Of a DNA stretch of 64,000 bases, positions 1-13,184 are shown one piece after another (positions within the stretch are counted from its first letter, which is position 1; each line of letters starts with the position of its first letter). This stretch comes from Octopus vulgaris (taxonomy: Eukaryota), in assembly GCA_951406725.2 (NCBI GenBank), contig OX597821.1, positions 75,392,001-75,456,000 on the forward strand. Reading direction: 5' to 3'. The notes below the pieces were generated by a model, which saw nothing but the letters and a program-made list of their open reading frames with translations, was not told where the DNA came from and did no database searches. The translations under genes were made by a program, and so were the position numbers.

Positions 1-25
1 TACAATTTGGCTGTAGATCATAACA

Positions 26-53
26 CTAGGGCAACGCCGGAGTGTATTGCTAG
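26..53 (+). mobile_element. Possible degenerate Helitron 3' terminus
   Basis: gggcaacgccgg...gCTAG followed by T, resembling the Helitron end at 61927-61954; the body would lie upstream of the window. Confidence 0.4.
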
Positions 54-77
54 TTTGTGTGAGTGTGTATGTGTGCC

Positions 78-119
<42 letters not shown>

Positions 120-820
120 AAATATTATCTGTCGCACATACATAGTGTATGTGTTTTGCGTCCGGGAAATGCTCCGCAAACGACATCAAGTGTTAAAGAA
201 CACGTGAATATCATAGATCAGGTGAGACAGGTCGCTTCAGAATCACCAAGGATTTTAGATATCGATATTTCACCATTATTGTGGTACATTAATGGCACAC
301 ACTCGGATCTATGTCTTATATAAATCTATGACATATATCCAAATAACACCCGGCCTCGTTTGGGGGAGCTTTCACCGGACGTTATCCCGCAGCAAATTTA
401 GCGTATAAATGAAGTACAGCCATGTCTGGATGAAAATATTTCTTTAACTTGCATCATTAATAAATTTAATAAATGCATGAACATCACAACTTCCCTTTAT
501 TCTTGCCTTCTCCTTATTAACGTAATAGACAATTATTTCGTTGCACTACTTTTTGTCTCGATATCGCTTCGTAGTAGTTTTCAGTATTAGCGTGGTCTTA
601 GTATGGCTGCCAGAGCAATTTGCACAGATCTGTCATCGAATAAAACATTACAGAGTAAATATCGCTGACATAAATATCCTCACCGCTAAGCCTTTGATTC
701 GTTATCATCCTCCTTCAATGTATTTTTATAATACTGTACAATAACTGATACACGTGACTTAACTATCACACCAGCGGCTTAACTTTTTCCAGAGTTATTT
801 TCTTAAGCTGCTATTGACAG

Positions 821-840
821 AGTGTATGTGTGTGTGTGCT

Positions 841-878
<38 letters not shown>

Positions 879-1008
879 CTAGCGAGAGAGAGGAAGAGAG
901 AGAGAGAGAGGGAGTGCTAGCGAGAGAGAGGAAGAGAGAGAGAGGGAGTGCTAGCGAGAGAGAGGAAGAGAGAGAGACGTGGGGGAAGAGAATGAGAGAG
1001 AGTGAGTG
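821..1008. repeat. (GA)n tract with three copies of gagtgctagcgagagagaggaagagag
   Basis: Directly visible. Confidence 0.9.
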
Positions 1009-1689
1009 TTAGTGTTTATGAGAAAAAAAAAGGAGTTGTTTGTAAGGTGTCCATGTTTTGTTTACTTCACACCATTGTTGTTAGTGTTGTTGTTGTTTTT
1101 GTCTCATTTGAAACTCGCTTTGCTTTGTGATACTTTCTATAAATCTTAAATGTGTTCTAATCCGTAAATTGGAGAGCTAAATGGATCATGTTGGCATTAT
1201 AGATTGAAATCTATTCACGATGTATATCAATTGAAAAATCTAGGTGAAGGGCAGACTGAAATTTTACTTTTGAGAAGAAGCAAAATATTCGAGCCGGGTT
1301 TCCAGCCGCCTGAAAACATAACGTAAGTTAGAAAGCCTTCTTAATACAACAGAAGCATTCATTTCCTATCGCCGCAACCCCCACCTACTCACAGACGCAC
1401 ATGCACGAACTTACACAAATACACGTGAGCGCATATGTATACAAACACGAAGGCAAATATACGCATGAAAACATACATATCCACGCATGTATATTATGTT
1501 TGCAGTGTCTGAATCGATTCCCTCATCTGTCCAGTAAAATAAATATTATCAACTCTGTTTCAGCGATACTTTTATACAATTTCAATCTTAGAAGTTTTAT
1601 TTCAGAAAGACGATACTGTATGTTACCCTTTGGGAGAAATTAGCCTCCCTAGTAAGTATTAATACAGATATTCTTCACACACACACACA

Positions 1690-1720
<31 letters not shown>

Positions 1721-2089
1721 TTAGCAGAAGTACTACTGTTATTAATTTATCCATCCGCTATAATAAATATATCGAGTCAGGTACTTAGCAAGATCAGCAC
1801 AGTTAACCAAAGAAGATCCGCCATGTTAATTTATTGAGGGTTTGTGATGAGATGAGATAATATCGTTCTCAGTACTCAATTATTTCCTCTGTTTAACGCT
1901 GATCACGTGATACCTTCTCTCTGGTATTCCTGCCGTCCCTCTTCTTCCTTTAGTGTCCATACTTCTCTAGCTCTCCCCTAATTGCCAAATCCGGTACTGC
2001 AGCTGTTAAAAAGGATGAGTGTATCCATTGTGATCACTGCTCTTGGAGACCCAGCCAACATCATGGACACATGTCTAAATGCTATGGAT

Positions 2090-2311
2090 GTGGCAGAAAC
2101 GTTCGCACGCCAGGCGAAATATTTTGCGGTATTTCGTCTACCGTTACGTTCTGAGTTCAAATTCCATCGAGGTCGACTTTGCCTTTCATCCTTTCGGGGT
2201 CGATTAAATAAGTACCAGTTACGCACTGGGGTCGATGTAATCGACTTAATCCGTGTGTCTGTCTTTGTTTGTCCTCTCTGTGTTTATCCCCCTGTGAGTA
2301 GTAAAGAAATA
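2090..2311 (+). mobile_element. tRNA-derived SINE family A (Nin/Deu-like central domain), tail type 1
   Basis: tggcagaaacgtt head, B-box-like gagttcaaattcc, core gcctttcatcctttcggggtcgat..aagtacca; many copies in the window. Confidence 0.85.
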
Positions 2312-2436
2312 TGATGGAACCAATAAAAGGAAACTCCAAGGTATTAATAATAGAACTACATGAAATAAAGACAAATTGAAGATACAGTTGGTGTAAAAAA
2401 AGAAAGGATAGAAGACTTCTTGCCACACAGCTACGC

Positions 2437-2476
<40 letters not shown>

Positions 2477-3890
2477 CCACACATGTGTATGTATGTATGT
2501 TCTGTATGCGGCAATGTTGCTTCACTATTAGTTATAAGTAAAACTCCATTCCCATCTCTTCCAATTTATCGAATCTATGAAGAGTAATTTTGTTGCCAAT
2601 CTCCTTTCGGTTTTTACTGTAAAAGATAACTATGCCAACCTCATTGCCATCCATGATTTTGTCTAATTATTTGATAACACTGTTTGTAATTTTAATTCCA
2701 GCTTCTACACGAACACAACTAGAAGATGTCTTGAAACATTGGTTTAACTTTCATAATTCTATTAATTCTTACCAGTAAATATTGGCTGACAGCGAAAAAT
2801 GAAACGAAAATGCCACAATTTAATAATGCTGATTGAATTTTCAAGCTAGTTTCTTAAGAGCCTCTTATCAACGAGAGCTTGTTACTTCATCGTAAGTGGT
2901 GTTTTATCGACTGCTAAAGAAGACAAAGGCTGTTAGAAAACTGCCAAATTAATAATTCAAATGTTGTGAATCTACGAAAATTATTTATTATTTTGTGTGT
3001 ATGTGTTACTCATATTTGTTGATGTAGCTATATTTTTTCCCATTTTTCTTTTTACTTTTTGTTAGAAATATATTAAGGAAAACAGTAGAAATGAAAGTAA
3101 TGGAAAGTAAATAAGTTTAGTGGCTGGAAGTAGAAACAAAAACAAAACTGACAAAAGAAGAAATACAACAAAATTAGAATTACTAAGTTGCACATCATTG
3201 AAGCTAATTAAAATAGTCTATATATTCTTGAAAAAACTTGGATGAGGTAAAGGACTTTTATCTGAAGGAAGAAATTAAAAGAAGATAAAATAAATTAATG
3301 AATGAAAATGGAAAAGAAAGGAAAAAAATCTAAATAAATTCGTGTATATCAATAAGAAAGAAAAGAATAAAACCGAAAATAAAAACTCTTCAGAAAACCA
3401 GATTTTTTAAAAACAAATTTTAGCAAATTTGAATTTATTATAAAGAGGAATGTAAAACCAAAACATGTTCTTATATGACCCAATTAACGTTTTGAATTAT
3501 TACTTTTAATTTGCATTTATGATAGAAAAAATCATTAATTAAACTTAATGAAGTGTTTCGAGCTGATTAATAAAATCAAGAGAAAAAGAAATTATATCAA
3601 TAATTATGATTTCTAACATGGGCAGAAATCATAAATTTGTTGGAGTTAAAGTTGTGTTGATTGAAGTGAACCAATGGTAGATAGGCTGCGTTGAACTGGT
3701 TTCGTTAAATGGTACTTACACTATGAGGTTCCAGAAATGGAGTGGAGACACAGCCTCGATGATGTATACACACATGAATATACACATTGTTTATTAATAA
3801 AAATTAACATAAGATTTTTGTTAGTAACGCATATTCTCAGCGTTTAAACGCCTCTTCATCGGTTTCTTCGAGAATGGCTACCACTTGTGT

Positions 3891-3967
3891 CTGTGTGTGT
3901 GTCTCTCTCTCTCTCTTTCTATCTATCTATATATCTATCTATCTATCTATCTTTCTCTATTTCTCTT

Positions 3968-4032
<65 letters not shown>

Positions 4033-4042
4033 GTATCTATCT
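3891..4042. repeat. (CT)n/(CTAT)n microsatellite
   Basis: Directly visible. Confidence 0.95.
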
Positions 4043-4068
4043 GCACAGAGCATGAAGACGGGCGAAAT

Positions 4069-4300
4069 ATCTATTTCTTTACTACCCACAAGGGGCTAAA
4101 CACAGAGTGGACAAACAAGGACAGACAAACGGATTAAGTCGATTACATCGACCCCAGTGCGTAACTGGTACTTAATTTATCGACCCCGAAAGGATGAAAG
4201 GCAAAGTCGACCTCGGCGGAATTTGAACTCAGAAGGTAACGGCAGACGAAATACCGCTATGTATTTTCCTCGGCCTACTAACGATTCTGTCTGCTCGCCA
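4069..4300 (-). mobile_element. SINE family A, tail type 1
   Basis: Reverse complement of 2090-2311. Confidence 0.85.
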
Positions 4301-4313
4301 CTTTTTAAAAATA

Positions 4314-4590
4314 TAGTTCTATATTCAAGAGATGAGGAATTATGTACATTATTTATATTAGACGGATACCCACGGGTATATGGCGTAGTGGTTAAGAATG
4401 CGGGCTACTAACCCCAAGATTCCGTGTTCGATTCCAGGCAGTAACCTGAATAATAATAACATCGAAAAATACCTTAGGAATGAGAACCCGGGTTCGAAAT
4501 TTCCCAAAGACACCTAATGAAGGCTAGAGGGTTGTGTTAACAACAAACAAGATGAATACAAATAACCATCAAATGTATATAATATACAGT
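4314..4590 (+). mobile_element. PLE-associated tRNA-head/hammerhead element (family 1), copy A, with inverted tail at the 5' end
   Basis: A box tggcgtagtgg 4381-4391, B box gttcgattcc 4426-4435, (TAA)n, damaged hammerhead 4509-4538 (ctaatga, GAAAC deleted); 4314-4368 is the reverse complement of the family's 3' tail. Confidence 0.75.
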
Positions 4591-4842
4591 ATTTTTTTTT
4601 GACTGAGGCTGTCATGCCGTGATGTTTCATTATATTAGTTTATTTTTCTTTAAATGGTACTTTATTTGTCGACGCTCCCCCCCTCCAAACAAAGGGAAAA
4701 GTTAACTTTGGCGGAATTTGAACTCAAAACCTAAACACCTTTTCCTGGTCTGTTTTGCTTCCATTTTGACAAATTTCCTCAATGTACAGATGTCACTATT
4801 AAATGCTTTGGGTTGACCATCATGCGCATCATTTCTCTAAAA

Positions 4843-5103
4843 CAGTGGTTTTCATCTGGGTGGAGGGAACCGTACGACCCGTGGGAGTCCGTTTAAGAGT
4901 TTTGCTGTTAAAGTTTATGTGCGCTAAATTAGTTATTTTCTTGCAATGCACAAACTATTTTAATTAGTTTAATAAAATTCCTCATGATAATTAATTATAA
5001 AAATACAATAGGATTTTGTTAAACAACGAATGGCTATGGGGTCTAGTAGAGAAAAACTAAGAATCGAAGCAATCCGTGGACAAAATATGGTCGAGAACCT
5101 CTG
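4843..5103. mobile_element. hAT-type MITE
   Basis: Termini cagtggttttc / gagaacctctg, approximate 8-bp TSD ctctaaaa/ctctgaag; related to 38391-38726. Confidence 0.6.
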
Positions 5104-6119
5104 CTCTGAAGTATTTTGAAGTAGAAACAAAATTATATTTTACACGTGTTTGTTATGATGCCTTCCAGTAAGCTTATCAATGTATTATAGTGTCAACTTC
5201 AAGGTAACAGATCGCAAAGTGACGCCAAACCCTCAGCAACAGTGATAACAAAAGACATGCTTCGTCATACCAAATCACCCAATCAATGGTGAATGGACGA
5301 ACACCCATACGAGTATATATAACTTCTTATGTATTCACCCTTATCCGTATATATATATATAGGTCTAAGCAAACACATCTTCCATATGACAATTGTAAAC
5401 ATACTCTCCAGATTATATATATACAATTTCTGAGATAGTTCTTAATTCTTTACGAAATAGGATTTGTTTGTTAATTTGCAGGTATATTTAACGATTGTTC
5501 AGTGATGGCATGATCAGCTTAAAAAGTACTCCATCTGATGAGAGATAAATATCATTTAATAAACACAATATATGCTTTTATATGCTACTTTTAGCTTCAT
5601 GGGCTGAGAACATACTTAACAGTGTTTTATAATACGTCTGGTGTTCTAGCACAACCATCAGACACTGCCAACATGGCACAACGAAAAAAGAATGGGACGG
5701 GAGAAAAAGCGAAAAGAGGGTGAGGAGGAAGTATGCATAAAAGGTGGAAGTATGCATAAAAGGCGCCAGCCTACTACATTCATCTGATAGTAGAAATACC
5801 CTTTCTGATATTTATTTTATATTGTAATTGTACAATTATTTTCCTCTTGTTGTACAGCTAAAAGGCGTTTGTCTATTACATATGGATAAGTCTTTTTCTG
5901 CTGCACTTGTATTATTATTTCATCCCATTATGTTCGCTTAGTAGACGAAAGACCCTTTCTGTTATCTATTTTAATTTTTTGTATCTGTACAACTATTTTC
6001 CTTTTGCTGTATAGCTGAAGGACATTCGTCTGTTGTTTGTGTATAATTCTAGCTTTCTTGTTCTTGTATTTGTTCTTATATACATCCGCTTGCTTTTCCA
6101 AGAAGCATATATCCTTCTC

Positions 6120-6300
6120 TTCTTCTACTTGTTTCAGTCATTAGATTGCGACCAGATATACACACAATGGGCTTCTTTCAGTTTCCGTCTACCAAATCCA
6201 CTCAAGATTTTGCTTAACCTGAAGCTATAGTAGAAGACACTGAACGCCGAACTATGTAGTTGCGAAACTAGCTTCTTACCACACAGCTACGCCTGTGCCT
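6120..6300 (-). mobile_element. tRNA-derived SINE family B, internally deleted
   Basis: Shares ttgtttcagtcatt, ttcagtttccgtctaccaaatccactc and cttcttaccacacagc with 18948-19337 and 20642-21030. Confidence 0.75.
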
Positions 6301-6690
6301 GTGTGTGTGTGTGTGTGAGTATGTGCGCGCGACTGTCTATCCCCGCATCTTCTCTTACCAACCGATGTTGGTGTGTGTTTGTCTCCGTAACCTAGTGGTT
6401 CGGAAAAAGAAACCGATAGAATAAGTACTAGGCTTACAAAAAATGATATTATTTACATTATTTACATTTGACGGATATTTGTCCTCATCTTGTTTGTTGT
6501 TAACACAACGTTTCCGCTGATATACCTGGTGAAGCCTAGAGGGTGTATCAACCGAAACGTTGTGTTAACAACAAACAAGGTGAGGACAAATACCCGTCAA
6601 ACGTAAATAATGTACATAATTCTTCATCTCTTAAATATAGAATTGTATAACAAAGAATAAGTCCTGCTGTCGATTTTTTCGACTAAAATA
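6300..6690 (+). mobile_element. SINE family B 3' half, interrupted by a family-1 hammerhead element
   Basis: accgatgttggtgtg...gaataagtactaggcttacaaa | insert | caaagaataagtcct...cgactaaa. Confidence 0.75.
6454..6648 (+). mobile_element. Family-1 hammerhead element, copy B (head-to-head inverted tails)
   Basis: 6454-6526 is the reverse complement of about 6540-6614; forward hammerhead ctggtga...ccgaaacgttgtgtt 6525-6566 with a mutated core. Confidence 0.8.
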
Positions 6691-7221
6691 TTATTCGTCT
6701 AGAATTATTTTTATATATTTAAGCGATTTAAGAATTTTATAATTTGCAAGAGAAAATGCATTCGTAGGTCAAGTAATTTTATTTTGATTAATGTAATATT
6801 CTGCATTTCAGGATATTATGGCCTGTATTCTTTCTTATTTGCAGTTGAAGAAAGGGATACTGTTGTAATGTCTCGATATTGTTTGCATTTTGCAATTCTG
6901 TAATTCTTGTTCTTAAACTTTTATATAGGTTATAACAGCATTTACAGGAAATACATTCTATTTAATAACGGGTACCCGTTAATGTAATGGTACTACATCT
7001 GTAACTAACTTAGCGTGAAAGGCAGCAACTTGTATGGGGATAAATGGAAATCGTTCAACAGTTACGAATTAAAACATTATTTTGTAAGGTTGGCTTGCAT
7101 TCTCACGGTTCTGATATTTTATGATTATCCGCTGCTTCAACTTTAAGGATGCCATCCGCCACTACTTACGTTATATTGCCACTCAATTTATTTTAAGTCT
7201 TTTTTAAATATTTTCTAATAC

Positions 7222-7432
7222 CTATTTCTTTGCTACCCACAAAGGACTAAACACAAACGGATTAAGTCGATTATATCGACCCCAGTGAGCAACTGGTACT
7301 TATTTAATCGACCCCGAAAGGATGAAAGGCAAAGTCGACATCGGCGGAATTTGAACTCAGAACGTAATGGCAGACGAAATACGGCTACGCATTTCGCCCG
7401 GCCTGCTAACGTTTCTGCCAGCTCGCCGCCCT
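7222..7432 (-). mobile_element. SINE family A with 15-bp TSD
   Basis: TSD aatattttctaatac at 7207-7221 and 7433-7447. Confidence 0.9.
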
Positions 7433-9494
7433 AATATTTTCTAATACTATTAAATACAAATGTAGAATGTAGCAAGTTTAAAATGCAAGTGTATTAACTT
7501 AATTTAGCTACTTTTGGGACGAGAATTACTGCTGCTTATTTCTCTTCTTATTTTCATAACTCTGCATACAGAGTTATCATTTTTTTTTTGTATTGTTCCT
7601 CTATTACCTTACCAGCATTTTGGTGGCCGCACTACCGTTTTAGGCGCACATTTTGGAGTTAGCATTATTGTTTCCAGGATATTAAGTCTCACCCATTTTA
7701 GGGTTCTACAAATTAGTAGAGAGCTTAATGTTATTTATTTTGTCCGTTGCATTTTTTACTAATACTTGGACATGTTTTAAACACAATGTCGTACCTACAG
7801 AGTTCATGTGAGACAAAATAAGAGCCGAAGATATTAGGCAACTGGAACAACGACTAGAAAAATCTCCTGACCTGAAGCACAGTGAATTTGAATAGAAACA
7901 TATAATGGTGAATTTTTTAGATTATAGTATCAATCTGCTTTATGGTTTTAAAAGAAAATATACTGTAGATCTGAACATAAAAAAATTTAAGTGAAAATTT
8001 CTGGCACAACAGGACCCTTACTGAGAATCGAAATAGGTAGCCATTGCTTACCGGGCAACCTGCGTCATCATTTAAACAAAGGAGGTCCTGTCATTCTATG
8101 TAATATATATATGTGTGTGTGTGTATATGTATATTGTGTATGAGTGAGAGAGAAAGAAAGAAAGAGTGAGAGAAAGAGAGAACGAAAGATGTAGATAAAT
8201 TGCAACAGAGATAATGAACATTCTTCGAAGTCAGTCATCTAGAAAAATACTAATATTCAAGAATAATAAATCAGATAATGTAGGTATGTATGTATTAATA
8301 TATATTTATATTTATATGTGTGTATGTGATGTATGCGTATATATATGTGTGTGTAGACGGGGAGAGTGAGAGGTAGAGAGAGATGGTGTGAGAGAGGGAG
8401 TTAAAGAGGTATGTATACACATAGTTATGTATACGCTTATGTTTATATATTTATATTCATCCATAGATACATATATTTCAACGGGGGAGCATACACACAT
8501 ACAGACACATATATATGTATGTGTATATATAATTTCGCCCTCTCTCTCTCTCTCTCTCCACACATATACACATGCATGTAGGTATAGATATATAACGAGA
8601 GAAGACGCTTGAGAAAGTGTAGGGGAGGAAGGACGGATAGAGAGGTGAGAGAATTTGAAATCGAAAATTTTAGAAATCCTATTCATTAAGCAAAAACACA
8701 AAAAACAAAAAAATACAAAAAAAAAAACAACGAAGAAGATGCAAGTATACTTGTGGTGGAATTATTATTCTGTCATAAAATGTGAACAAATAAAATAAAA
8801 TTAGAAGATAAGAAAAGATTAAAGAGATAGACGGATAGCTCAAATGGAATGGCTTTTGAGAAAAATCATGAAGTGAAAAAGGTTTACAACATTTTGTGTG
8901 CATTGAAGAATTCGCTAAACTCCTTGTAGAATGGAAAGAAGAAAACGTCTAGAAAAATGCGATTCTTTGAAAGAATCTAAGATTTATGAAACGTTCCCAA
9001 TGTTCTGATTTTTGATCATTTTAAAAGTCTTAAGTTGTTCTCTTTTTTCTTCTTCGTATACTATGAGCTATGAGGAATTGTTTGGGACATAACATTCCAA
9101 GTCGAACGCAGTGACAGGCGTTTTAGTAGAGCTTTGTGGATTGAAATATATCTCATAGAGTTGTTGAAGAATGTAAAATTAGCGCTTCTCTCACTTGCAG
9201 CATTTTATTTTTTCTGTTTTTTTATATATTTCTTTTAATCTACGATTGCCTCAGTGGAGTGAAATTTTTTTTTCCCTGATTCAGGAAATTAATTGTCGTT
9301 ATTTCTATGAGTCCCAAGAAAATGTTTGAACATATGACATCAATTTTCTGGGTACCAGTAATATTCATGGTGCTAATTTTATTGGCTCTGAAATGATGAC
9401 AGACTAACATGACGTCCGAAAAATCAACTTTAATGAACGCAAAAAGATGTAACTAAATAGGCATTTATCAATTCTGTCAACCACTGCCGCCGCC

Positions 9495-9495
9495 G

Positions 9496-9556
<61 letters not shown>

Positions 9557-9572
9557 CACTACTACTACTACG

Positions 9573-9633
<61 letters not shown>

Positions 9634-9690
9634 CTACTACTACTACTACTACTACTACTACTATTAATAATAATAATAATAATAATAGTA
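9495..9690. repeat. Compound (CTA)n/(CTT)n/(TAA)n microsatellite
   Basis: Directly visible. Confidence 0.95.
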
Positions 9691-9776
9691 ATCCTTTCTA
9701 CAAAAGGCACAAGGCCTGAAATTTTGAGGAAGGCGACTTGTGATTAAATCGACCCCAGTGTTTCACTGGTACTTAT
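9690..9776 (-). mobile_element. SINE family A 3' fragment (tail type 2); a second fragment at about 10105-10166
   Basis: aggcacaaggcctgaaatttt...atcgaccccagtg..actggtac. Confidence 0.7.
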
Positions 9777-10184
9777 TTGCTCTCCTCTGAAGCTAGTAGT
9801 GTTTTGAGATTTCCTGCTACCTGCTCAAACCACTAAGCAACTAGGCGTTAACGATGCTGTATTTCCAACGAGAAAGAAACGAAGAAAACCAAATAAATAT
9901 CAGAACAATATCGCCCTTAAGGGTGCCACTTGGTGGTGCCCCTATTCACCCAATGCATTTGAAGTCCTTATTTAAGGATTTGATAAACACTTAACAAAAG
10001 TAAATAAATTATTTTCAACAAAATCCAACAAACCGTCAGGAGCCAACGCAAAGTGCGTCCCGCACAAACAGCGACGGCAGCAATAAACAGTAGTAGTAGT
10101 AGTAGGCCTGAAATTTGGCGGTGAGTGGGATAAGTCGATTACAACGACCCCAGTGCTCAACTGGTACCAGACGGCTAGTTATAA

Positions 10185-10256
10185 TAGGTATACTGGGCTT
10201 CGTATATTTGTACCCCAGTGTCACTTTGATGGCATGTGGTGCTCTCTCACTCAATA
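10185..10256 (+). mobile_element. Possible 3' UTR stub of a (TAA)n-associated LINE
   Basis: Short unique segment ending ctctcactcaa and running directly into AAT-rich repeats, as the R4/Dong ends do at 56828 and 61205; no coding part seen. Confidence 0.3.
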
Positions 10257-10372
10257 ATGAGAATGATAATAATAATGATTATAATAAAAATAATAACAAT
10301 GGCGCTGATCGTTATAATAATAATGAAGATGGTAGTAATTCGTGTATAATACAAGAACTTAATAACAACAGC

Positions 10373-10418
<46 letters not shown>

Positions 10419-11195
10419 TTAATAATAATGATGATGATGATGATGATGATAACAGCAACAACAACAAGAACGGTTTCTTTTGGATAGCCATAAGGCTTGT
10501 TTTATTACTGGTTGGTAGAAGTGATTGAATCGACCACATTATATTACTTGAACATATTTAATCATCTTCAGCAAATTTATACAAGTACTTAAAATGTAAA
10601 GGAGTAATTGAAGAAGATAAAATGTTTTGGTGATAATTATTACGATAATGACTTGTGAATTTTGCGATGACGGCCCCTTAAGCTATTGGTTTATTTGAAT
10701 AATACTGAATAACTCATCTCTGTATTAAGTATGTGGGGCAAATATGCCTGGAGGACAGAGCGTATCTCCTCTGTTTATGTTATAATCAGGATCGCTGATT
10801 CGGAGGAACCAAGCTAAATATTGAGCTGATCATTTTATCCTTGACTCTATCGTGTCTACTTAGTCGTATGTTACGTAAATCTCTCCATTTCTTCGCTTCA
10901 TTTTGTTCCATTTTTTTTTATTTGTCTTGTCATTCATCAATTTCTTTCTCTGTTTATATTCATTACTCTCGCTACTACACATTTCCCATTAATATCAATT
11001 CTTACAAAATGTAGCTCGCTGTTATTCTGAGACCAATATTATCGACATATTTATATTACGCTACTTGTTTGTGCAGTTGAAGTAATGACAGATGGACGAC
11101 ATGCGTTCTGCTGTATAGTGAAGTCCTTTTAAGCCTTTATTCCAAAAAACTATCAGTGCCATTCTGATAAGCATTAGTTATGCTCGATCACTAGT

Positions 11196-11677
11196 GATAT
11201 TCAATCACCAGTCCTATTCAATCGCCAGTCTTATTCAATCACCAGTCTTATTCAGTCACCACTCTTATTCAAGCACCATTTATATTCAGTCACGAGTCTT
11301 ATTCAGTCACCATTCTTATTCAGTCACCAGTCTTATTCAATCACCAGTCTTATTCAGTCACCACTCTTATTCAATCACCATTCATATTCAAACACGAGTC
11401 TTATTCAATCACCACTCTCTGTTCAATTACCACTCTTATTCAGTCACCATTCTTATTCAATCACCAATCTTATTCAATAACTATTCTTATTCAGTCACCA
11501 GTCTTATACAATCGCCAGTCTTATTCAGTCACCAGTCTTGTTCAGTCACCACTCTTATTCAGTCATTATTCTTATTCAGTCACCATTCTTATTCACTCAC
11601 CACTTTCATTCAATCACCAGTCTTATTCAGTCACCATTTTTATTCAATCACCAGTCTTATTCAATCACCAGTCATAC
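11196..11677. repeat. 17-bp minisatellite (about 28 units, consensus accagtcttattcagtc)
   Basis: Visible tandem array; the ORF read-through repeats every 17 aa (3 units); a degenerate echo lies at about 12180-12620. Confidence 0.9.
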
Positions 11678-11714
11678 TTTGATGTTTGGCAGTGTGGAGA
11701 ATGGTATCTTTTAT

Positions 11715-12090
11715 CTTTTAACTTGTAATTGTTTTACTCATTTGACTGCGGCCATACTGGATCACCATCTTGAAGAAATTTTAGCCAAATGAATCAACTT
11801 AATTTCTTTAAGCCATGCACTTATTCTATCGGTCACTTTCGTCGAACTGTTAATTTAAGTGGAGGTAAACATAACGGCGGTTGGGAAGTTGTGGGGATAC
11901 ACAAATATAGATACACACACACACACATTCGACGGGTTTCTTTCAGTTTCCATTTCCATGTACCAAATCCACTCACAAGGCTTTGGTCGTCCCAAGGCTA
12001 AAGGAGAAGACACTTTCCCGAGGTGCCACGCATTAGAACTGAACCTGGAATCATGTGGTTGGGAAGCAAATTTCTTACCACACAGTCACA
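11715..12090 (-). mobile_element. SINE family B
   Basis: tttgactgcggccatactgg...ccaaatccactcacaaggctttggtc...gaagcaaatttcttaccacacag. Confidence 0.85.
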
Positions 12091-13184
12091 ACGTTTCAAT
12101 TTGAACACACTGATAACTGTTATTCCTGCTGATCTCAAATAGCGATCGATAGAATATGTATCTCAAGCGACTAAATTATAATTCCATCAATAATTAGTCA
12201 TTAGTTATATTTAAAAATAGATTATACTTAATCATTAATCACATTGATTTGTCATTTTTTTTTCAGTAAACAGACATTTTAAGTCAAACGGTTATATTTC
12301 ATCATTGATGATATTTAGTAATCAGCCAAAATTAATAAACAATACCATTTGAGGAACCTGTCATATTTAGTCATCAGTCATGTAAAATCACCAACCATAT
12401 TCCATCACCGGTCATATTCCATCAGTCATCTCCAATTCCCAATCCTATCCATTTATTGACTATATATACCCGCTCATCACACATGTTCAATTCTACAAGT
12501 CATATTCAATCATCAGTCAGATTTAATCACTGGCTATATTTACCGTCTGTCACGCTAGTTAATCCTGTTCAATTTAATCAAATGCCTCGCTATAATTTAC
12601 GGCATATCAGCAATACGAAAGCGCACTTGATTGAAGCAACTCAATCACTCACTAAACTCTGGACTAAAGACATTGACTTCCTTTACTGACGTTTGTACAA
12701 CATTTAAACTGATCTCTTCTGTTTAAGAGGAGCTGGTTTTGTGCCACCTGCAATCAGATATTCCTATTTCCTACTGTCTCTACTCTTTTCGTAACCCACA
12801 GTCTACTAACAGCACCAACATTGACAGTAGTTACTATGGAAAGCTCTTCTGTCCAAGAACATCGACTTTTAGGAATGTCCAACTTGCAAATCTTCCTTTC
12901 TGCAGCCGTAGATTTACAATAGTTTAAACCGAAAGATAGCGGCATCAATCCCACATCAAAGAGAAGTTAAGTACATGTCGTTCCGCGAGACAAAATCAAT
13001 AAAAGAAAATAAGAACAAAAGACAAGCTAGTTCTGTATTGAAAGATTTATTTAGCGCATCTAAAGGGTCTCAATTATTATAGAGCAGCGAAGGCTAGAAA
13101 ACAGTTAAGTGAATTTTAAATAAAGCTAAAATAGCCACTACTATAATGTATGTACTACATATTTCATTGTATTTTTATTTATCA

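Noticed and set aside
4375-4445. tRNA gene (also 14080-14150, 14865-14934, 41841-41907)
   Set aside because: A/B boxes are present but the acceptor stem is not intact, and each is fused to a repeat body; these are SINE or pseudo-LTR heads.
11194-11682. Repeat array as CRISPR or as a repetitive protein
   Set aside because: Contiguous 17-bp units with no unique spacers, eukaryotic context, no cas genes; the unit is not a multiple of 3.
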